Part shown: positions 63,312 to 64,000 of the stretch, in pieces
Position numbering within the stretch: the first letter of the stretch is position 1
Layout of the letters: each line of letters starts with the position of its first letter
Assembly: GCF_004010195.1 (NCBI RefSeq)
Contig: NC_057719.1
Coordinates: 43,926,847 to 43,990,846, forward strand
Direction of reading: 5' to 3'
Length of the DNA stretch: 64,000 nt
Source of the DNA: Chiloscyllium plagiosum
Taxonomy: Eukaryota
Made by a program: the position numbers and the translations under genes
Notes under the pieces: generated by a model
The model's input: the letters and a program-made list of their open reading frames with translations, nothing else
What the model was told of the DNA's origin: nothing
Databases searched by the model: none

Positions 63312-64000
63312 CTGTTTGTTCTGGCTTGTTGCTGATTTAATTGCTCCTGCAATCTGGCGACAACTGCTTTTAACTCAGCATTCTCTTTTTCTGTTTGATC
63401 ACCTCTCTTGTGAAGTTCTGAAATGGACGCAACCTTCTCTTCCAATTGCTTGGTCCTTTCTTGCAGACTTGTGTTCTGAGCCCTTACTTTTACTATTTCT
63501 TTCTCAGAGCCTTCATATGCAATCTCTAAGTCTGAAAATACCTCTACTTTGTCTTGTAACTGTTTAACTTTTTCTTGAAGTTGTACTTTCTCCTGTATCA
63601 TTTCTAATTTTTCACTGTTAAACAGTTCAATAGCTTTTCGTAAATTTGAGAGCTCCAGAGCTTTTTCCTGAAATTCCTTCATGCTGTCTTTCAAGCTCAC
63701 ATTTTGAAATTTTACTTCTGCCAGCTCTTTCTGAGATTCTTCGAGCAGCTTTGTGAGAACTTCAACTTTCTCTTGCAATGGTTCAACTTTATCTTGACAT
63801 TTTAGCTTCTCCGATTTCATTTTACCCATTTCATTTTTCAACAACTCAATTGTTTTCTGTAACTTTGAAATGTCTAGTGTTTCTTCCTCTAGTTCCTTTA
63901 TCTGCTTGCTCAGATTTGAGTTTTCTGATCTTATTTCCTTTTCTGATGATACAGACACTTTCTCCAAGTTTGTAAGAGTCATCAATTTACCCTGAAGTTG
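63312..64000 (-). CDS. NIN: 3' part of the large central coiled-coil exon of ninein (runs off the window)
   Basis: Open coiled-coil frame rich in E/K/L/Q from the window edge to donor AG|gtaatg at 63311 (phase 2). Its position suggests the equivalent of the >2 kb alternatively spliced mammalian exon 18. Confidence 0.88.

Overview
Eukaryotic (vertebrate) genomic DNA. The HE1/V-type SINEs, CR1 LINEs and Penelope-like elements point to a shark or other elasmobranch (inference). The window holds two intron-rich minus-strand genes in the same order and orientation I recall for human 14q22. At 32.2-64.0 kb is the 3' half of ninein (NIN): 13 frame-consistent coding exons, one GC-AG intron, and a short stop-containing alternative exon (ALPPEQRAVHADTYRRIGHL*) that matches the C-terminus of the mammalian neuronal ninein isoform. 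At 3.4-21.6 kb are the promoter and exons 1-3 of salvador (SAV1, Hippo pathway); its last exons lie left of the window. Introns and the intergenic region contain CR1 LINEs (one near-intact 5'-truncated ORF2), tRNA-SINEs, a hAT non-autonomous element and many Penelope-like inserts. The Penelope-like inserts carry minimal hammerhead ribozymes from at least three sequence families. Seven form fold-back hairpins with 12-15 bp target-site duplications, all with the same polarity. The SAV1 5' region shows a Kozak-strong overlapping uORF and a repeated TEAD/ZNF143-like motif. All homology statements are from recall, not database searches.
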